Below, in pieces: positions 10,792 to 20,963 of a DNA stretch of 64,000 nucleotides. Under the pieces are notes generated by a model that made no database searches, had not been told where the DNA came from, and worked only from the letters and a program-made list of their open reading frames with translations. Origin of the DNA: Candidatus Fermentithermobacillaceae bacterium. Lineage in GTDB: Bacteria > Bacillota > Sulfobacillia > Fermentithermobacillales > DUSS01. The DNA lies in contig DYEQ01000031.1 of assembly GCA_020725645.1 (NCBI GenBank), positions 6,062-70,061 on the forward strand. Reading direction: 5' to 3'. The translations under genes were made by a program, and so were the position numbers. The number at the start of each line of letters is the position of its first letter. Within the stretch, counting starts at the first letter, position 1.

Positions 10792-11567
10792 CTCCGGGAC
10801 CGAGACCGCGCTCTTTCCTCCAGCTTCTCCACGAGTGCCGCCGATTTGGGCCTCGATCCCAGTACATACGCGATGTACCTCCTCAAGAGTTTTCCCACTT
10901 CATCCCTGACAGAACCCTGCGCATTCACGCGGTGGATGTCCGCCAGGGGCGAATTTCTGAGGTGAAGCACGGTTTTCCTGGAGCCCGGCGATACCGGGTA
11001 AGTTTCCCCTGCCGCGACCTCGACGGTCCCCGCGCACTTCGGGCACAGAATACCTCCGAGCCCGGGGGAAAACGTCGCTTCGCCCGGGACTTCCTTGCCG
11101 CATACCACACATTCCGCGAGAACCGGAAAGAGCCCGGCGAATTCGAGGATGCCTATTTCGGCGCGTCTGGCCGGAGACCAGCAGTCATCTGCGGTTTCCA
11201 GGACCTGCAAAGTCGAGATGAAAAACCAGAATGCTTTCGGTGCCGGATCCCGCTGAGAAGAAAAAAGCATCTCGAGTTCGCACAGGTACGCAGCATAAAT
11301 CAGCCTGGGGTAGCTTTCGCTCATGCGGGGGAAAGACGACCTGAGTTCGCACCCGGTGACCCTGTCTTGAGTTTTCCCCCGGAAGAGCTCGAAGAGGCCC
11401 CATGACAGGGGTTCGGTGAGAGGCCCGAGTTTCGACCCGGGCCGGAGGGCCCCTTTCACCAGGGCGTGAACCAGCCCATCGCTTTCGGTGAGCAGTACGA
11501 TGGTCTTGTCGTACTCTCCTGCAGGTCTTTTATGGAGGACCACGCCTTCGGTTTGGTAGAGTCCCAT
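10788..11567 (-). CDS. recO: DNA repair protein RecO
   Basis: TEGVVL..GEYDK..LLT OB-fold, CxxC...CxxC Zn motif, conserved position. Confidence 0.92.
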   Translation of the reverse strand: MGLYQTEGVVLHKRPAGEYDKTIVLLTESDGLVHALVKGALRPGSKLGPLTEPLSWGLFELFRGKTQDRVTGCELRSSFPRMSESYPRLIYAAYLCELEMLFSSQRDPAPKAFWFFISTLQVLETADDCWSPARRAEIGILEFAGLFPVLAECVVCGKEVPGEATFSPGLGGILCPKCAGTVEVAAGETYPVSPGSRKTVLHLRNSPLADIHRVNAQGSVRDEVGKLLRRYIAYVLGSRPKSAALVEKLEERARSRSRR

Positions 11568-11573
11568 GGGGTG

Positions 11574-12113
11574 TTATCTCTTTCTCTTTCCACCTTTCGC
11601 CGGAAGAAAAAGCCCGATTAAAGCGGGAAGCACGAGCACTATTAAAGCGGGAACGGCCCGGGGTAGTCGCCGGCTTAAGTCGGCCACGACAACGCCCCAT
11701 TCCATTCTAAGGAGTCCGCCTAGTGCCGGAACGAACACGGCGAAGCCCGTAATCACGGAAAAGACGGAAGCTAATAGCACTCCTCCGGCGGCCACATCCT
11801 TTACTACCTTCGCCATGGGAGCATAATCCGGGGTAAGCAGATCCACCAGAGCTTCGGCCAAGGTGTTCAGGACCTCTGCGGAAAGGACCAGGGTTATGGC
11901 GAACACCACTAAAAGAAAGTCCACCCTGTCGAGCCCCAGTAAAAGCGCGGCGGAAACCACAAGCGACCCGGCCAGAGCGTGAATCCTCATGTTGCGCTGG
12001 GTAGTCCAGACGTAAGAAAGTCCCTCCCAGGCATATCCGAAGCTCGCTCTGAGAGACCTCGCCCTGAAGGAGCTAGAATTCCTTTCCACGGTCGCACCGT
12101 GGCCCTGCCTCAT
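11574..12113 (-). CDS. dgkA: Diacylglycerol/undecaprenol kinase family protein
   Basis: SFGYAWEGL, QRNMRIH, EVLNTLAEALVD, AKVVKDVAAGGVL. ATG 12113 overlaps the ybeY stop. Confidence 0.9.
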   Translation of the reverse strand: MRQGHGATVERNSSSFRARSLRASFGYAWEGLSYVWTTQRNMRIHALAGSLVVSAALLLGLDRVDFLLVVFAITLVLSAEVLNTLAEALVDLLTPDYAPMAKVVKDVAAGGVLLASVFSVITGFAVFVPALGGLLRMEWGVVVADLSRRLPRAVPALIVLVLPALIGLFLPAKGGKRKR

Positions 12114-12604
12114 CTGTGACCTTTTATCGTTTTTCGCAATAGGTCCAACGCGGTTTCTTGCTTTCGCCACATTATCGCCTCTTCACCGGGGTCATCGTGG
12201 TCGTAACCTAGAAGGTGCAGGCAACCGTGAATGAGGAGGAGTCCTACCTCCTCCCGGAGGGAAACCCCTCTCTCCTTCGCCTGCCTTTCGGCGGTATCCA
12301 GGGATATCACTATGTCGCCCAGTACCTCTGGAAAGCCGGAGGCGATATCCATCTCCTCCGGGGACATCATGGGAAACGAGAGTACGTCGGTGGCGCTGTC
12401 CTCACCCCGGTACTGACCGTTGAGCTCTCTGATGAAACCGTCGTCGGTGTAGAGCACCGATACTTCGTACATCTCCTTACTTTTTCCGTCCATATCCAGA
12501 ACGATGGATACCGCCCGGTCCGCCAGCGACCTTAGCGCGTTCTCCTCCTGCTCATCGATTTGCCGGGGCAACATGAAATCAACTTCGACGCTCATGATCA
12601 TCAC
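12110..12604 (-). CDS. ybeY: rRNA maturation endoribonuclease YbeY
   Basis: TDVLSFP, LGDIVIS, HGCLHLLGYDH. Confidence 0.96.
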   Translation of the reverse strand: MMIMSVEVDFMLPRQIDEQEENALRSLADRAVSIVLDMDGKSKEMYEVSVLYTDDGFIRELNGQYRGEDSATDVLSFPMMSPEEMDIASGFPEVLGDIVISLDTAERQAKERGVSLREEVGLLLIHGCLHLLGYDHDDPGEEAIMWRKQETALDLLRKTIKGHR

Positions 12605-14877
12605 CAGCCGTCTCCTGATTCGTTGGTACCGCCTGTCGTACTCCCTTTGCCTGCCGTCCCGCTATCTTTTGACCTACATCCGGACCCGGTCTCATCTTTG
12701 GATATCGAGTCCCGGTTGGAAGATCCGTTCTTTTCCGGATAATCCCTGGTTAGCGTCAGCTTATCCGGAGAAGGATACTCTATCCGCGTGTGGAATACGC
12801 CGGTCAGGACCCGGGTAAAAGTGGCGGCGATGATGTCTAAATCTTTTAAGGTCAAATCTGATCGGTCCAGCTGGTGGTCGATCAGCCTGTCCTGAATGAT
12901 CTTCCTCACCACCGACTCGATCCGGGCGGGCGTAGGTCGGGAAAGCGCCCTGGTAGCAGCTTCGACACCGTCGGCCAGCATTACGATAGCTGACTCCCTG
13001 GTGGAAGGACGCGGTCCTTCGTAACGGAAATCCCACTCAGGTGGCGGACGGTTTTCCTTTTCCTTGGCGTCTTCCGAAGCTTTCGTGAAGAAATACGATA
13101 CCAGCGTGGTTCCGTGGTGTTCGGCAATGAAACGCCGGATATCCTCGGGAATTCTGGCCTGTTCCGCCAGTTCCAGTCCATCTTTGACGTGCGCGATTAT
13201 CACCGATGCCGAGAGCCCCGGGTTCATCCTATCATGAGGGTTCTCAAGCCCGGGAACCTGATTTTCCACGAACATGTACGGACGTTTTACCTTGCCTACG
13301 TCGTGATAATAGGACCCAACCCTCGTGAGCAAGCTATCGGCACCCACCGCCTGTGCCGCCGCTTCAGCCAGGTTTCCCACCATAATGCTGTGGTGATATG
13401 TGCCCGGGGCCTCCAGAAGCAATCGGTGAAGCAACGGGTGTTCGGGGTTGGAAAGCTCGATTAATCTTATCGGGGTCAGGATGTCGAACACCGCCTCAAA
13501 AAAGGGCAGCGACCCTATGGCCAGAATGGCCGAAAGCGGGCCGTTAAAGAAGAGCCACATGTAATCGTGGAGAACCTTGAGATCCCATTGAGCTACGCCC
13601 CCCGAAAGGCCAAGGCCCAGGAAAGAAAAGATGTTGGCAGCGGAGACCGCTGCACCAGCCCTCATCAGATGGGAACGTTGAAAGGTCTTAGTTATCGCGA
13701 GAACTGCGGCGACGCTCGAAGTCAAAAACACCACCACGTACCTGACGTCGAAACCGGTAAACACCGCCAGGAGCATCGTCACGGAAAAACCGAAAACCAC
13801 ACCGAAGCGCCGGTCCACCAGCGTCGCGGATAACATTACACCAGCTGCAACCGGCGCCAGGTAGGGCGATACCGCCGAAAAGCCCCGTACCAGGAGAGCT
13901 GTAAGAACGGCTACGGAGGCGATTAGGGGCGCTCCCCTTTGCCTTTTGGTTTCGGGTACGAATACGCTCAGGTACCCTTGAGGCAAGGCGACCACCAGGG
14001 CCCCCATCAAGACGGCACCACCCACGTCGGAAGGTCTCACGCCCGGACCCAGCATACCCAGTTTACCCAGGAGAGCTATGTGTTCTCGGGTGACGGTTTC
14101 CCCTGCTTTCAGGACGATTTGCCCTCGCCTTATCCGGACGGGCTCCACCGAAGCTCTCGCTTCCGCCATCCTTCGTTCCGTCTCTTCCTGGTTGTAAATG
14201 AGGTTGGGACGAAGGTTTTGCCGGAAATACGCTACGAGGAACGGAGAGAACGAGCTCGGTATCGCTGGGTCGTTCCTTACCATGCCCTCCACTTCAGCGA
14301 TGGCACCTTTGAGGTCCTCCTCTCTTACACCGCGGGTCAGGACCTGCCTGGCTATGTCCTTAGCCCTTCCAATGGCCGCATCCGCCGACGGAGACGAAGT
14401 GGCGGCAGCTGATACGATATCCGAGTTGGAAAGCTCAGAGCCGACGTACGGTCGCAGAGTAGCCACTATTTTCTCGGTCGTGAGATCGGCCGTGCTCCTC
14501 AGAGATTCGAGATCAGCCCGGATGGCGTCCAGCCGGGCCAGGATATCCTGAAGCACTTTGGGATCGTTGTCGACAACTTTCGACACGGCTCTTGCCTTCT
14601 CTTCCCTAAGCTTTTCCGTCTGAGCTTCATCGATGATCTCCTGAGGGGCCCTTACATCCACGGGCGAGATATCCCCCTCTTTCAGGGATAGCGTCATGGG
14701 CTTCAAAGAAAGATATATGAGCACGACCACCACCAGGTAGGTCAGCCCCGCCCAAAAGAGCCCACCTTTCGGAGAGTCGTGCAAAAACGGGATGGCCGGG
14801 AAGAGAACTTTCGCTGTCTTGGATTTCCGCCCGTTTTCTTTATCTGCTTTGCCCCCGTTTTGCTCCTTCGACGGCAA
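12601..14877 (-). CDS. 7TM-HD phosphohydrolase, PgpH/YqfF-like (putative c-di-AMP phosphodiesterase)
   Basis: Extracellular domain, multiple TM segments, APGTYHHS, YYHDVGK, EHHGT, MLADGVEA; located between phoH and ybeY. Confidence 0.88.
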   Translation of the reverse strand: MPSKEQNGGKADKENGRKSKTAKVLFPAIPFLHDSPKGGLFWAGLTYLVVVVLIYLSLKPMTLSLKEGDISPVDVRAPQEIIDEAQTEKLREEKARAVSKVVDNDPKVLQDILARLDAIRADLESLRSTADLTTEKIVATLRPYVGSELSNSDIVSAAATSSPSADAAIGRAKDIARQVLTRGVREEDLKGAIAEVEGMVRNDPAIPSSFSPFLVAYFRQNLRPNLIYNQEETERRMAEARASVEPVRIRRGQIVLKAGETVTREHIALLGKLGMLGPGVRPSDVGGAVLMGALVVALPQGYLSVFVPETKRQRGAPLIASVAVLTALLVRGFSAVSPYLAPVAAGVMLSATLVDRRFGVVFGFSVTMLLAVFTGFDVRYVVVFLTSSVAAVLAITKTFQRSHLMRAGAAVSAANIFSFLGLGLSGGVAQWDLKVLHDYMWLFFNGPLSAILAIGSLPFFEAVFDILTPIRLIELSNPEHPLLHRLLLEAPGTYHHSIMVGNLAEAAAQAVGADSLLTRVGSYYHDVGKVKRPYMFVENQVPGLENPHDRMNPGLSASVIIAHVKDGLELAEQARIPEDIRRFIAEHHGTTLVSYFFTKASEDAKEKENRPPPEWDFRYEGPRPSTRESAIVMLADGVEAATRALSRPTPARIESVVRKIIQDRLIDHQLDRSDLTLKDLDIIAATFTRVLTGVFHTRIEYPSPDKLTLTRDYPEKNGSSNRDSISKDETGSGCRSKDSGTAGKGSTTGGTNESGDGW

Positions 14878-15847
14878 TACGGTCCCTTTCTCCTTTCTCG
14901 ATCGCTTCGAAACGCTCGTACGCCTTGACTATCCTGGAAACCAGCTCGTGACGAACTACGTCCCGCTCGGTGAGATACACGAACTTCACTCCTTCGACGC
15001 CCTTCAAGACGACCCGCACTTGCTCAAGCCCTGAGTACACCCCTTTTGGCAGGTCGATCTGGGTGATATCCCCCGTCACGACCGCCTTCGAGTTCACACC
15101 GAGTCTTGTAAGGAACATCTTCATCTGTTCGGGAGTGGTGTTCTGAGCTTCGTCCAGTATGACGAAGCAGGACTCAAGCGTTCGTCCGCGCATGTAAGCT
15201 AAGGGCGCCACCTCGATAAGTCCCTTCTGCATGTACTTCTCAAACGCCTCGAGACCGATCATATCAAAGAGCGCATCATACAGGGGCCTCAAGTACGGAT
15301 TTACCTTCTCCTGTATATCACCGGGAAGGAAGCCAAGACGCTCTCCGGCCTCCACCGCCGGCCGGGTCAGGATTATCCTCTCGACTTCTTTGCGCCTAAA
15401 AGCTCTAACCGCCATAGCGACCGCCAAATACGTCTTGCCGGTCCCGGCCGGCCCGATCCCGAATGTGAGCGGGTTTTCGGCGATGGCTTTCACGTATTCC
15501 TTCTGCCCGTGCGTCCTAGGTCCGATGATCTTCCCCCGGATTCCGGTGAGGATTTGCTCCCCTGGATCTTCCAGCTTCTCCCCGGCGCTCACAATGCGCA
15601 AGGCGTAGCGCAGGTCCTGGGCAGTGACGTTCCTGCCGCTGCGCACCTGCTCCATCAGATGGTTTATCACTTCCTCGGCCTTGGCCACCTCTTCATCGGG
15701 TCCCGAGATCAAAAGGTCTTTGCCCCTGGCCACCAACTTTACATCGAGGGCATCTTCGAGAAGAGTCAGGTTTTGATCGTAAGAACCGAACAACCGGAAA
15801 GCTTCGTCGTTGGAAGCGAGAACGAACAGTTTCTCCGAGTTTGCCAA
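14840..15847 (-). CDS. phoH: PhoH-family ATPase
   Basis: GPAGTGKTYLA, TRPAVEAGERLGFLPG, DEAQN, GDITQIDLP. Confidence 0.95.
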   Translation of the reverse strand: MANSEKLFVLASNDEAFRLFGSYDQNLTLLEDALDVKLVARGKDLLISGPDEEVAKAEEVINHLMEQVRSGRNVTAQDLRYALRIVSAGEKLEDPGEQILTGIRGKIIGPRTHGQKEYVKAIAENPLTFGIGPAGTGKTYLAVAMAVRAFRRKEVERIILTRPAVEAGERLGFLPGDIQEKVNPYLRPLYDALFDMIGLEAFEKYMQKGLIEVAPLAYMRGRTLESCFVILDEAQNTTPEQMKMFLTRLGVNSKAVVTGDITQIDLPKGVYSGLEQVRVVLKGVEGVKFVYLTERDVVRHELVSRIVKAYERFEAIEKGERDRIAVEGAKRGQSR

Positions 15848-15930
15848 AGCCCTGCAGATACCTCCATTTCTGCGCCAGCGCCGGATTCATGGAGTTCGTC
15901 AAGACCGGGAGGGTGAAGACCTTTCCCTCT

Positions 15931-17088
15931 TCACTGAGGCCACGGTTTCACCACGGCGATGTTCTCTTCCGCCTGGGCAAGGCCCGTCGCTGTCAGGACC
16001 CCACGGTCCGGCGCTATCTTCACCTCTATACTAAAGTCTATCAATTTTACAGAAGGAGGCAACTGCCTGCGAACGATATCCTCCAGGCGCTTCCGTGCCA
16101 AATCCTCCGCTTCAGCCGGACTTCTCTCTACTTCAACCCACGTAAGTTCGTAGTACGTGCGGGTTATAACGGAAATCGTCGTTTTAGGACTTTGTCTCAC
16201 ACCACCTCCGCTGTCTTCTATTTCATACCATTGAAACGGAATGGCCTTGGACCCAAACAGCGGGAGGAGATTTCCTTCCACGTTCAATAACCGGACTTCG
16301 ACTTTCCGCCCGGTCCTCCGCGGCTGGATCTCGCGCAAGGGAACTTCCAGAGAAGCTTTGTACCAAGTGCTCGCCACCACCTCGCCCCTGGCCCCTCCCG
16401 AAGGGGACGACGGATCCCCAGCTATGAGGATATCCCCAGCTTTTACGGTGTCGCCGGCCTTCACCAAAGGATGACCGGAGAGGACGAGGACGGATTTGAC
16501 CAGCCCATCTCTTCTGGCCACCATATCACCGGGACGCTCCAAAGGGTGATCGACCTTCTCCCTTACCTCGATCAGGGCCACGGTTCCATGGATGCTGGTG
16601 TAAACCCATCCCAGCTCCGGTATGTCCCGGATTATGGAGGCGTCGATGAACTCAGTGGAAACCACAGCTTTCCTAACGCCTTTGTAAAGCCCGGCTTTTA
16701 GAGCTGCCGCGAGGATGCGTTCCCGGGATACCCGGTTATTTCCGCGCACGTCGATAGCCCAAATCGAACCGGACAGATAGTAAAAGACCCCGGAAAGGGC
16801 GAGGACTGTAGCGACCAACGCCTGCCTCTTTCGGGCCTTCGACCACAAAAACCAGACACCGCTCCGGCCGATGACTTCCGGCTTCGAACGGGTTTTGAAG
16901 GCGAGCGGTCTCAATTCCCGGTACCGCCAGGGGAGGGTGTAAAAGGTGACATCGCCGTCTTCCTCGCGTATGCCCGAGACGGGGATTCCCGAGGAGACGC
17001 ACAGGTTCAAGAACCTGGCAGGGTTCGGGCCTCGAACCCGCACCTTCACTGCGCCTATGAGGTTCCAGAAAAAAGATGCTGCTCCCAT
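15931..17088 (-). CDS. yqfD: Sporulation protein YqfD (stage IV)
   Basis: PARFLNLC, IWAIDVRGN, VKAGDTVKAGDILIAG, ARGEVVASTWY. ATG 17088 overlaps the yqfC stop. Confidence 0.85.
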   Translation of the reverse strand: MGAASFFWNLIGAVKVRVRGPNPARFLNLCVSSGIPVSGIREEDGDVTFYTLPWRYRELRPLAFKTRSKPEVIGRSGVWFLWSKARKRQALVATVLALSGVFYYLSGSIWAIDVRGNNRVSRERILAAALKAGLYKGVRKAVVSTEFIDASIIRDIPELGWVYTSIHGTVALIEVREKVDHPLERPGDMVARRDGLVKSVLVLSGHPLVKAGDTVKAGDILIAGDPSSPSGGARGEVVASTWYKASLEVPLREIQPRRTGRKVEVRLLNVEGNLLPLFGSKAIPFQWYEIEDSGGGVRQSPKTTISVITRTYYELTWVEVERSPAEAEDLARKRLEDIVRRQLPPSVKLIDFSIEVKIAPDRGVLTATGLAQAEENIAVVKPWPQ

Positions 17089-17366
17089 TAGGTCTCCATG
17101 TGCACGGAACGGATGACCCCTTTTACGGCCATGTCTTCCGGGCCGATCTCCTGGATCTCTAGATCCTCGCCGTCCACGACGACCTGGCCGCCCCCTACCC
17201 CGGCGACCAATTTCGTTTTGCTGTACTGTATGAGACCTCTGTGGTTCAGTATGATGACCTGCACGGCTCCTACCACGATTACTCGCGGGAGGTCCAGAGC
17301 GAGGTCGACGGGGAGGCCGAGGCTTTCGGCCATCGCTCGATAGATTTCCTTCGTCCTGGAACGCAA
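17088..17366 (-). CDS. yqfC: Sporulation protein YqfC (YabP family)
   Basis: LGLPVDLALDLPRV..G...NHRGLIQY. TTG start follows a GAGGAGG SD. Confidence 0.85.
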   Translation of the reverse strand: MRSRTKEIYRAMAESLGLPVDLALDLPRVIVVGAVQVIILNHRGLIQYSKTKLVAGVGGGQVVVDGEDLEIQEIGPEDMAVKGVIRSVHMET

Positions 17367-17479
17367 CGAAAACCCTCCTCGCGATACGCCCATCCCGATG
17401 AATTCTATGAGACAAAACCGCCGGGCAGTAAAAGGTAGCTCGCGCCGGATTACCTCGGTGACGGATGCGACGGTTTGAG

Positions 17480-17516
17480 AAAAACGAAAGGCGGCCCGGA
17501 ACATCTCCCGGGCCGC
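17480..17516 (-). terminator. Intrinsic terminator after rpsU
   Basis: GCGGCCCGG-N8-CCGGGCCGC followed by CTTTCGTTTTT. Confidence 0.7.
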
Positions 17517-17539
17517 AGGGGCGTCAAGGCCAGGCAACG

Positions 17540-17719
17540 CTAGGTTCGGTATCTTCTCCTTCTTGCCGCCTGCGACTTCTTCTTCCGCTTTACGCTTGGA
17601 CTTTCGTAATGCTCCCTCTTCCGCAGTTCAGCTAGGATACCTTCTCTCTGGCATTCCCGTTTAAAGCGGCGCAGGGCCTTGTCGAACGGTTCGTTCTTGT
17701 CTATCCTTACCTCCGGCAA
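17540..17719 (-). CDS. rpsU: 30S ribosomal protein S21
   Basis: [40 protein letters not shown] start after GGAGGGAGG. Confidence 0.96.
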   Translation of the reverse strand: MPEVRIDKNEPFDKALRRFKRECQREGILAELRKREHYESPSVKRKKKSQAARRRRYRT

Positions 17720-17768
17720 CTCCCGAATCCCTCCCTCCGCCGCAGTCTTCAGTCCCCGAACAATGGCA

Positions 17769-17797
17769 ATTTTACATCCACCGGAGCTCGAGGTCAA
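17769..17797 (-). promoter_or_regulatory. Sigma-A promoter of rpsU
   Basis: TTGACC-N17-TAAAAT. Confidence 0.7.
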
Positions 17798-17829
17798 CGG
17801 AATCCGAAAACCATTCCCGGAGGCTGTGC

Positions 17830-19164
17830 TCAGAACTCGGTTACCCCTGTGAAGTTGAATGCGGGAACTCGAATGGCCGGGACTACGGTCCTTTCCACTC
17901 TCACCGTTTCCCGACCTATCATGTCCAGGGTGGAAAATACTCTCAGGGCGCTTTCGGTGAACCGGAAGTTCTTAACAGCTTTCGTGATGTACCCATCTTC
18001 TATGAGGAAAGTACCATCCCTGGTCATGCCCGTAATCAATACCTTCAAGGGGTGCGCCATGTTCGTGTAGTGGAATCTCGTCACGAGAATGCCTCGTTTT
18101 GTGGAACGGATCATCTCCTCAAGGGTGGCGGTACCTTCGCCCATGAACAGGTTCACCGGCATCGGCCCCCATCCCCTGAAGCCGCCGTGACCAGTGGATT
18201 TTCTGCCTTCCTTCTTCGCCGTGTTGTAGTCATAGACGAGCTCTTTCGCCACGCCGTTTTCCACCAGCGTGACTTTGCGCTTGGGAACGCCCTCCAGATC
18301 AAAGGGAATGGGGAATCCGCGGGGGTCGAGCCCGTCATCCCACATGTTGAACTTCTCGTCGAAAAGCTTCTGCCCCAGTCTCCCTGTGAGGAAGCTTCTA
18401 CCTTCGCGGACCGCGAGAGCTGAGAACCCGGCCCTACCGAGATAACTTAGGAGCATCGCCACCGCGAGGGGCTCGAGGACGACCTCATATTCGCCGGCGG
18501 CTATGGACACGGGATTTTGCGCCATCGCACACTTGTCCCGAGCTATCCGGGCCACCTCTCCCGGCCGGATTTCGCGAACATCCCGCCCCGACGCTTCGGC
18601 GTAACCGCTCCCGTCGGCGCCCATCATTACGGTGCTCAAAGCTGCGTACGTGGAAACGTTATAGGCCCTTACACCCCTCGAGTTACCCACGGCAAGTTCC
18701 ATGGTGCCGGTGGAAAACGCGCCGGAAGCTTCAAACCCGCGTTCCTTTGCCACCTCCACAACTTCCTTAACGGCCAGAGCTCTCGACTTTGCCGAGAAGG
18801 AGTCGGTTTCGGGAACGAAGCAGTCTACGTCGGGCAAGGGCTCCGGCTCGGGAAGCCCTTCGAACTCCTCGTTGGGGGGCTGGAGCTTGGCGATCGCCGC
18901 TGCGTCCTCCACAGCTTCCTTCAGGGAATCGTCATGCAGAAAATTCGTTGTAACCGACCCAATCTTCTTTCCGAAAATCACCCGGACCGTCACCGTATAG
19001 TCCCTTTCGGCGACGTTTTGGTGGATGTAGTTCTTGGTGAACCGGGTGAGAGCCGTCGAGTCGGACCTCAGGACCACCTCGGTTAGATCCCCGGGCGACC
19101 AGTGGATGAGTTTATCGATCACCTCGAGGGCATTTTCCCTGCCCAACGGTTTTTTATCTACCAT
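17830..19164 (-). CDS. TldE/PmbA-family protein
   Basis: [27 protein letters not shown]; lacks HExxxH; paired with tldD. Confidence 0.88.
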   Translation of the reverse strand: MVDKKPLGRENALEVIDKLIHWSPGDLTEVVLRSDSTALTRFTKNYIHQNVAERDYTVTVRVIFGKKIGSVTTNFLHDDSLKEAVEDAAAIAKLQPPNEEFEGLPEPEPLPDVDCFVPETDSFSAKSRALAVKEVVEVAKERGFEASGAFSTGTMELAVGNSRGVRAYNVSTYAALSTVMMGADGSGYAEASGRDVREIRPGEVARIARDKCAMAQNPVSIAAGEYEVVLEPLAVAMLLSYLGRAGFSALAVREGRSFLTGRLGQKLFDEKFNMWDDGLDPRGFPIPFDLEGVPKRKVTLVENGVAKELVYDYNTAKKEGRKSTGHGGFRGWGPMPVNLFMGEGTATLEEMIRSTKRGILVTRFHYTNMAHPLKVLITGMTRDGTFLIEDGYITKAVKNFRFTESALRVFSTLDMIGRETVRVERTVVPAIRVPAFNFTGVTEF

Positions 19165-20627
19165 TTGCCCACACCCACCTTAACGCGGCGGAATCTTGCG
19201 GGGCTCGCCCCGTGCCCGACATGGGCGACCTGTCCGGGCTCACCCTTGCCGCAATTGGGAAGCCCCCAGAGTTCCCACTCGTCTTTCCCGGCGATGGCAT
19301 CGCAGGACCGCCAAAACTCATAGGTGATCCCCGTGTACGTCGGATTCTTCAGCATGGCACCGAGGGAACCGTCTTTGATCTCCCAAGCGATCTCGGTTCC
19401 AAACTGGAAGTTAAGACGCTTGTCGTCAATGGACCAGGACTTGTTCGTCGCCACCAAAATCCCGTCTTTCGTGTCCTTGATCATCTCATCGAGAGTCCAG
19501 TCCCCCGGCTCGAGGCTGATATTGGTCATGCGGATGATGGGTATCCTGTTCCAGCCGTCCGCCCTCATCGCTCCGTTGGAGACCTGCCCCAACTCGTGGG
19601 CGGTTTCCCGCGACGTGAGGTAGTTCTTAAAGATGCCCTTATCGACGATGGTGACGCGCTGGGCGGGAACCCCCTCGTCATCGAAGCCGAAGCTTCCGAG
19701 ACCTCCCGGCAGCGTGGCATCAGCAGTTATGGTAACCTCTTCCGACCCATACTGGAAAGTTCCGAGCTTTTCAGTAGTGAGAAAACTGGTCCCGGCGAAG
19801 CTTGCCTCCTGTCCGAACACCCGGTCGAGTTCAATGGGGTGGCCGCAGGATTCGTGAATCTGAAGGGCAAGCTGGCTCGAATCTATGATGAGATCCATGA
19901 CTCCGCTCGGGCACTGCTTGGCGGAGAGAAGTTCCACGGCCTCCCGGGATACCCTCTCGGCGTGGTCAAGGAGCTTCATCTTCTCGACTATCTCGTATCC
20001 GGCCGTAGCCCAATTGCCTCCAAAAGAAGTGGGATACGAACGACGCTGGAGTTCGCCCCGGTCAGCTGCGGTAGCTTCAATGCCCGCTCCCGTTTCGACC
20101 TTGGTTTGCTCGATGTAACTACCCTCGGTGGATGCGAAGATCTTGTCCTCGCGCTGGCAGGCCATGCTTCCTATACGCACTTTCACTTCTTTACGGTCGG
20201 CCATGAGCTTGTCAGCTTCGAGCAAGAGGGCGACCTTGTCCTCCGTCTTGACCGAAAATGGATCGATCTTCACCGGCGATGTCCACCTGGACACCACCGG
20301 TTTCACGGGGGATAGTACCACGTCTTTATCCCTTTTCACGGTAGCCGAAGCTTTGGCTATTTCCACCGCTTCTCTGGCAACCTTGACTACCTCGTCCTCG
20401 GTTAGAGTGGAGCTGGATGAAAACCCCCACGCGCCATCGTAAAGAGCTCGAATTCCAAACCCCTTCGACCGGGAAGAACTGAGCGCATCTACGTTTCCGT
20501 TTTTCGTCCTGATCGTCTGCGTTCTGGTCTCCACGATCCTGATATCGCCGTAAGACGCTCCGAGCTCCTTCAGTACATCGAGGGCCTTTTGGGTAAGCTC
20601 CTTCACCCTTTCACACCTCCTTTTCAA
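19158..20627 (-). CDS. tldD: TldD metalloprotease
   Basis: HESCGHPIELD, FDDEGVP, IRMTN, CGKGEPGQ. Confidence 0.92.
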   Translation of the reverse strand: MKRRCERVKELTQKALDVLKELGASYGDIRIVETRTQTIRTKNGNVDALSSSRSKGFGIRALYDGAWGFSSSSTLTEDEVVKVAREAVEIAKASATVKRDKDVVLSPVKPVVSRWTSPVKIDPFSVKTEDKVALLLEADKLMADRKEVKVRIGSMACQREDKIFASTEGSYIEQTKVETGAGIEATAADRGELQRRSYPTSFGGNWATAGYEIVEKMKLLDHAERVSREAVELLSAKQCPSGVMDLIIDSSQLALQIHESCGHPIELDRVFGQEASFAGTSFLTTEKLGTFQYGSEEVTITADATLPGGLGSFGFDDEGVPAQRVTIVDKGIFKNYLTSRETAHELGQVSNGAMRADGWNRIPIIRMTNISLEPGDWTLDEMIKDTKDGILVATNKSWSIDDKRLNFQFGTEIAWEIKDGSLGAMLKNPTYTGITYEFWRSCDAIAGKDEWELWGLPNCGKGEPGQVAHVGHGASPARFRRVKVGVGKW

Positions 20628-20741
20628 GTTTTTGGCAGGTACCCGCGCTTATGTACATGAGCGTAGGTTTTCGCGGCAGCACGCGGCGGAACGTCATGCA
20701 CGCGCGCGCAAGGTACCTGTAGTTAGCTGCATAACCGTATT

Positions 20742-20768
20742 ATTCTCTTCTCCTTGCGGCATTCCTCC
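20742..20768 (-). promoter_or_regulatory. Candidate sigma-H promoter for tldDE
   Basis: GGAGGAATG-N11-AGAGAAT. Confidence 0.4.
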
Positions 20769-20812
20769 TTGGCAAGCTCAAATCCTACGTATTCCGAAGT
20801 ATTTGACGAAAA

Positions 20813-20840
20813 ACAGGACTTTTGAGACTAAACGACGAAT
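20813..20840 (+). promoter_or_regulatory. Candidate sigma-H promoter for the XPB operon
   Basis: ACAGGACTT-N12-GACGAAT. Confidence 0.35.
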
Positions 20841-20963
20841 GATCGTGAATTTAAGGCGGTTTTTGAGGGCGACGTGGTGCAACGTTAACCGTTGAAGCGG
20901 CGGCAAGCCCGGTACAACGGAGCATTTATAGCTAAGCATTCATAAAAGAACTCAGCGGGAGGA

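Noticed and set aside
17089-17415. N-terminal extensions of yqfD (likewise mrdA 29882-30211, glyS, minD, apbE) in the ORF track
   Set aside because: They overlap upstream genes in another frame, and better SD-coupled or stop-overlapping starts exist.
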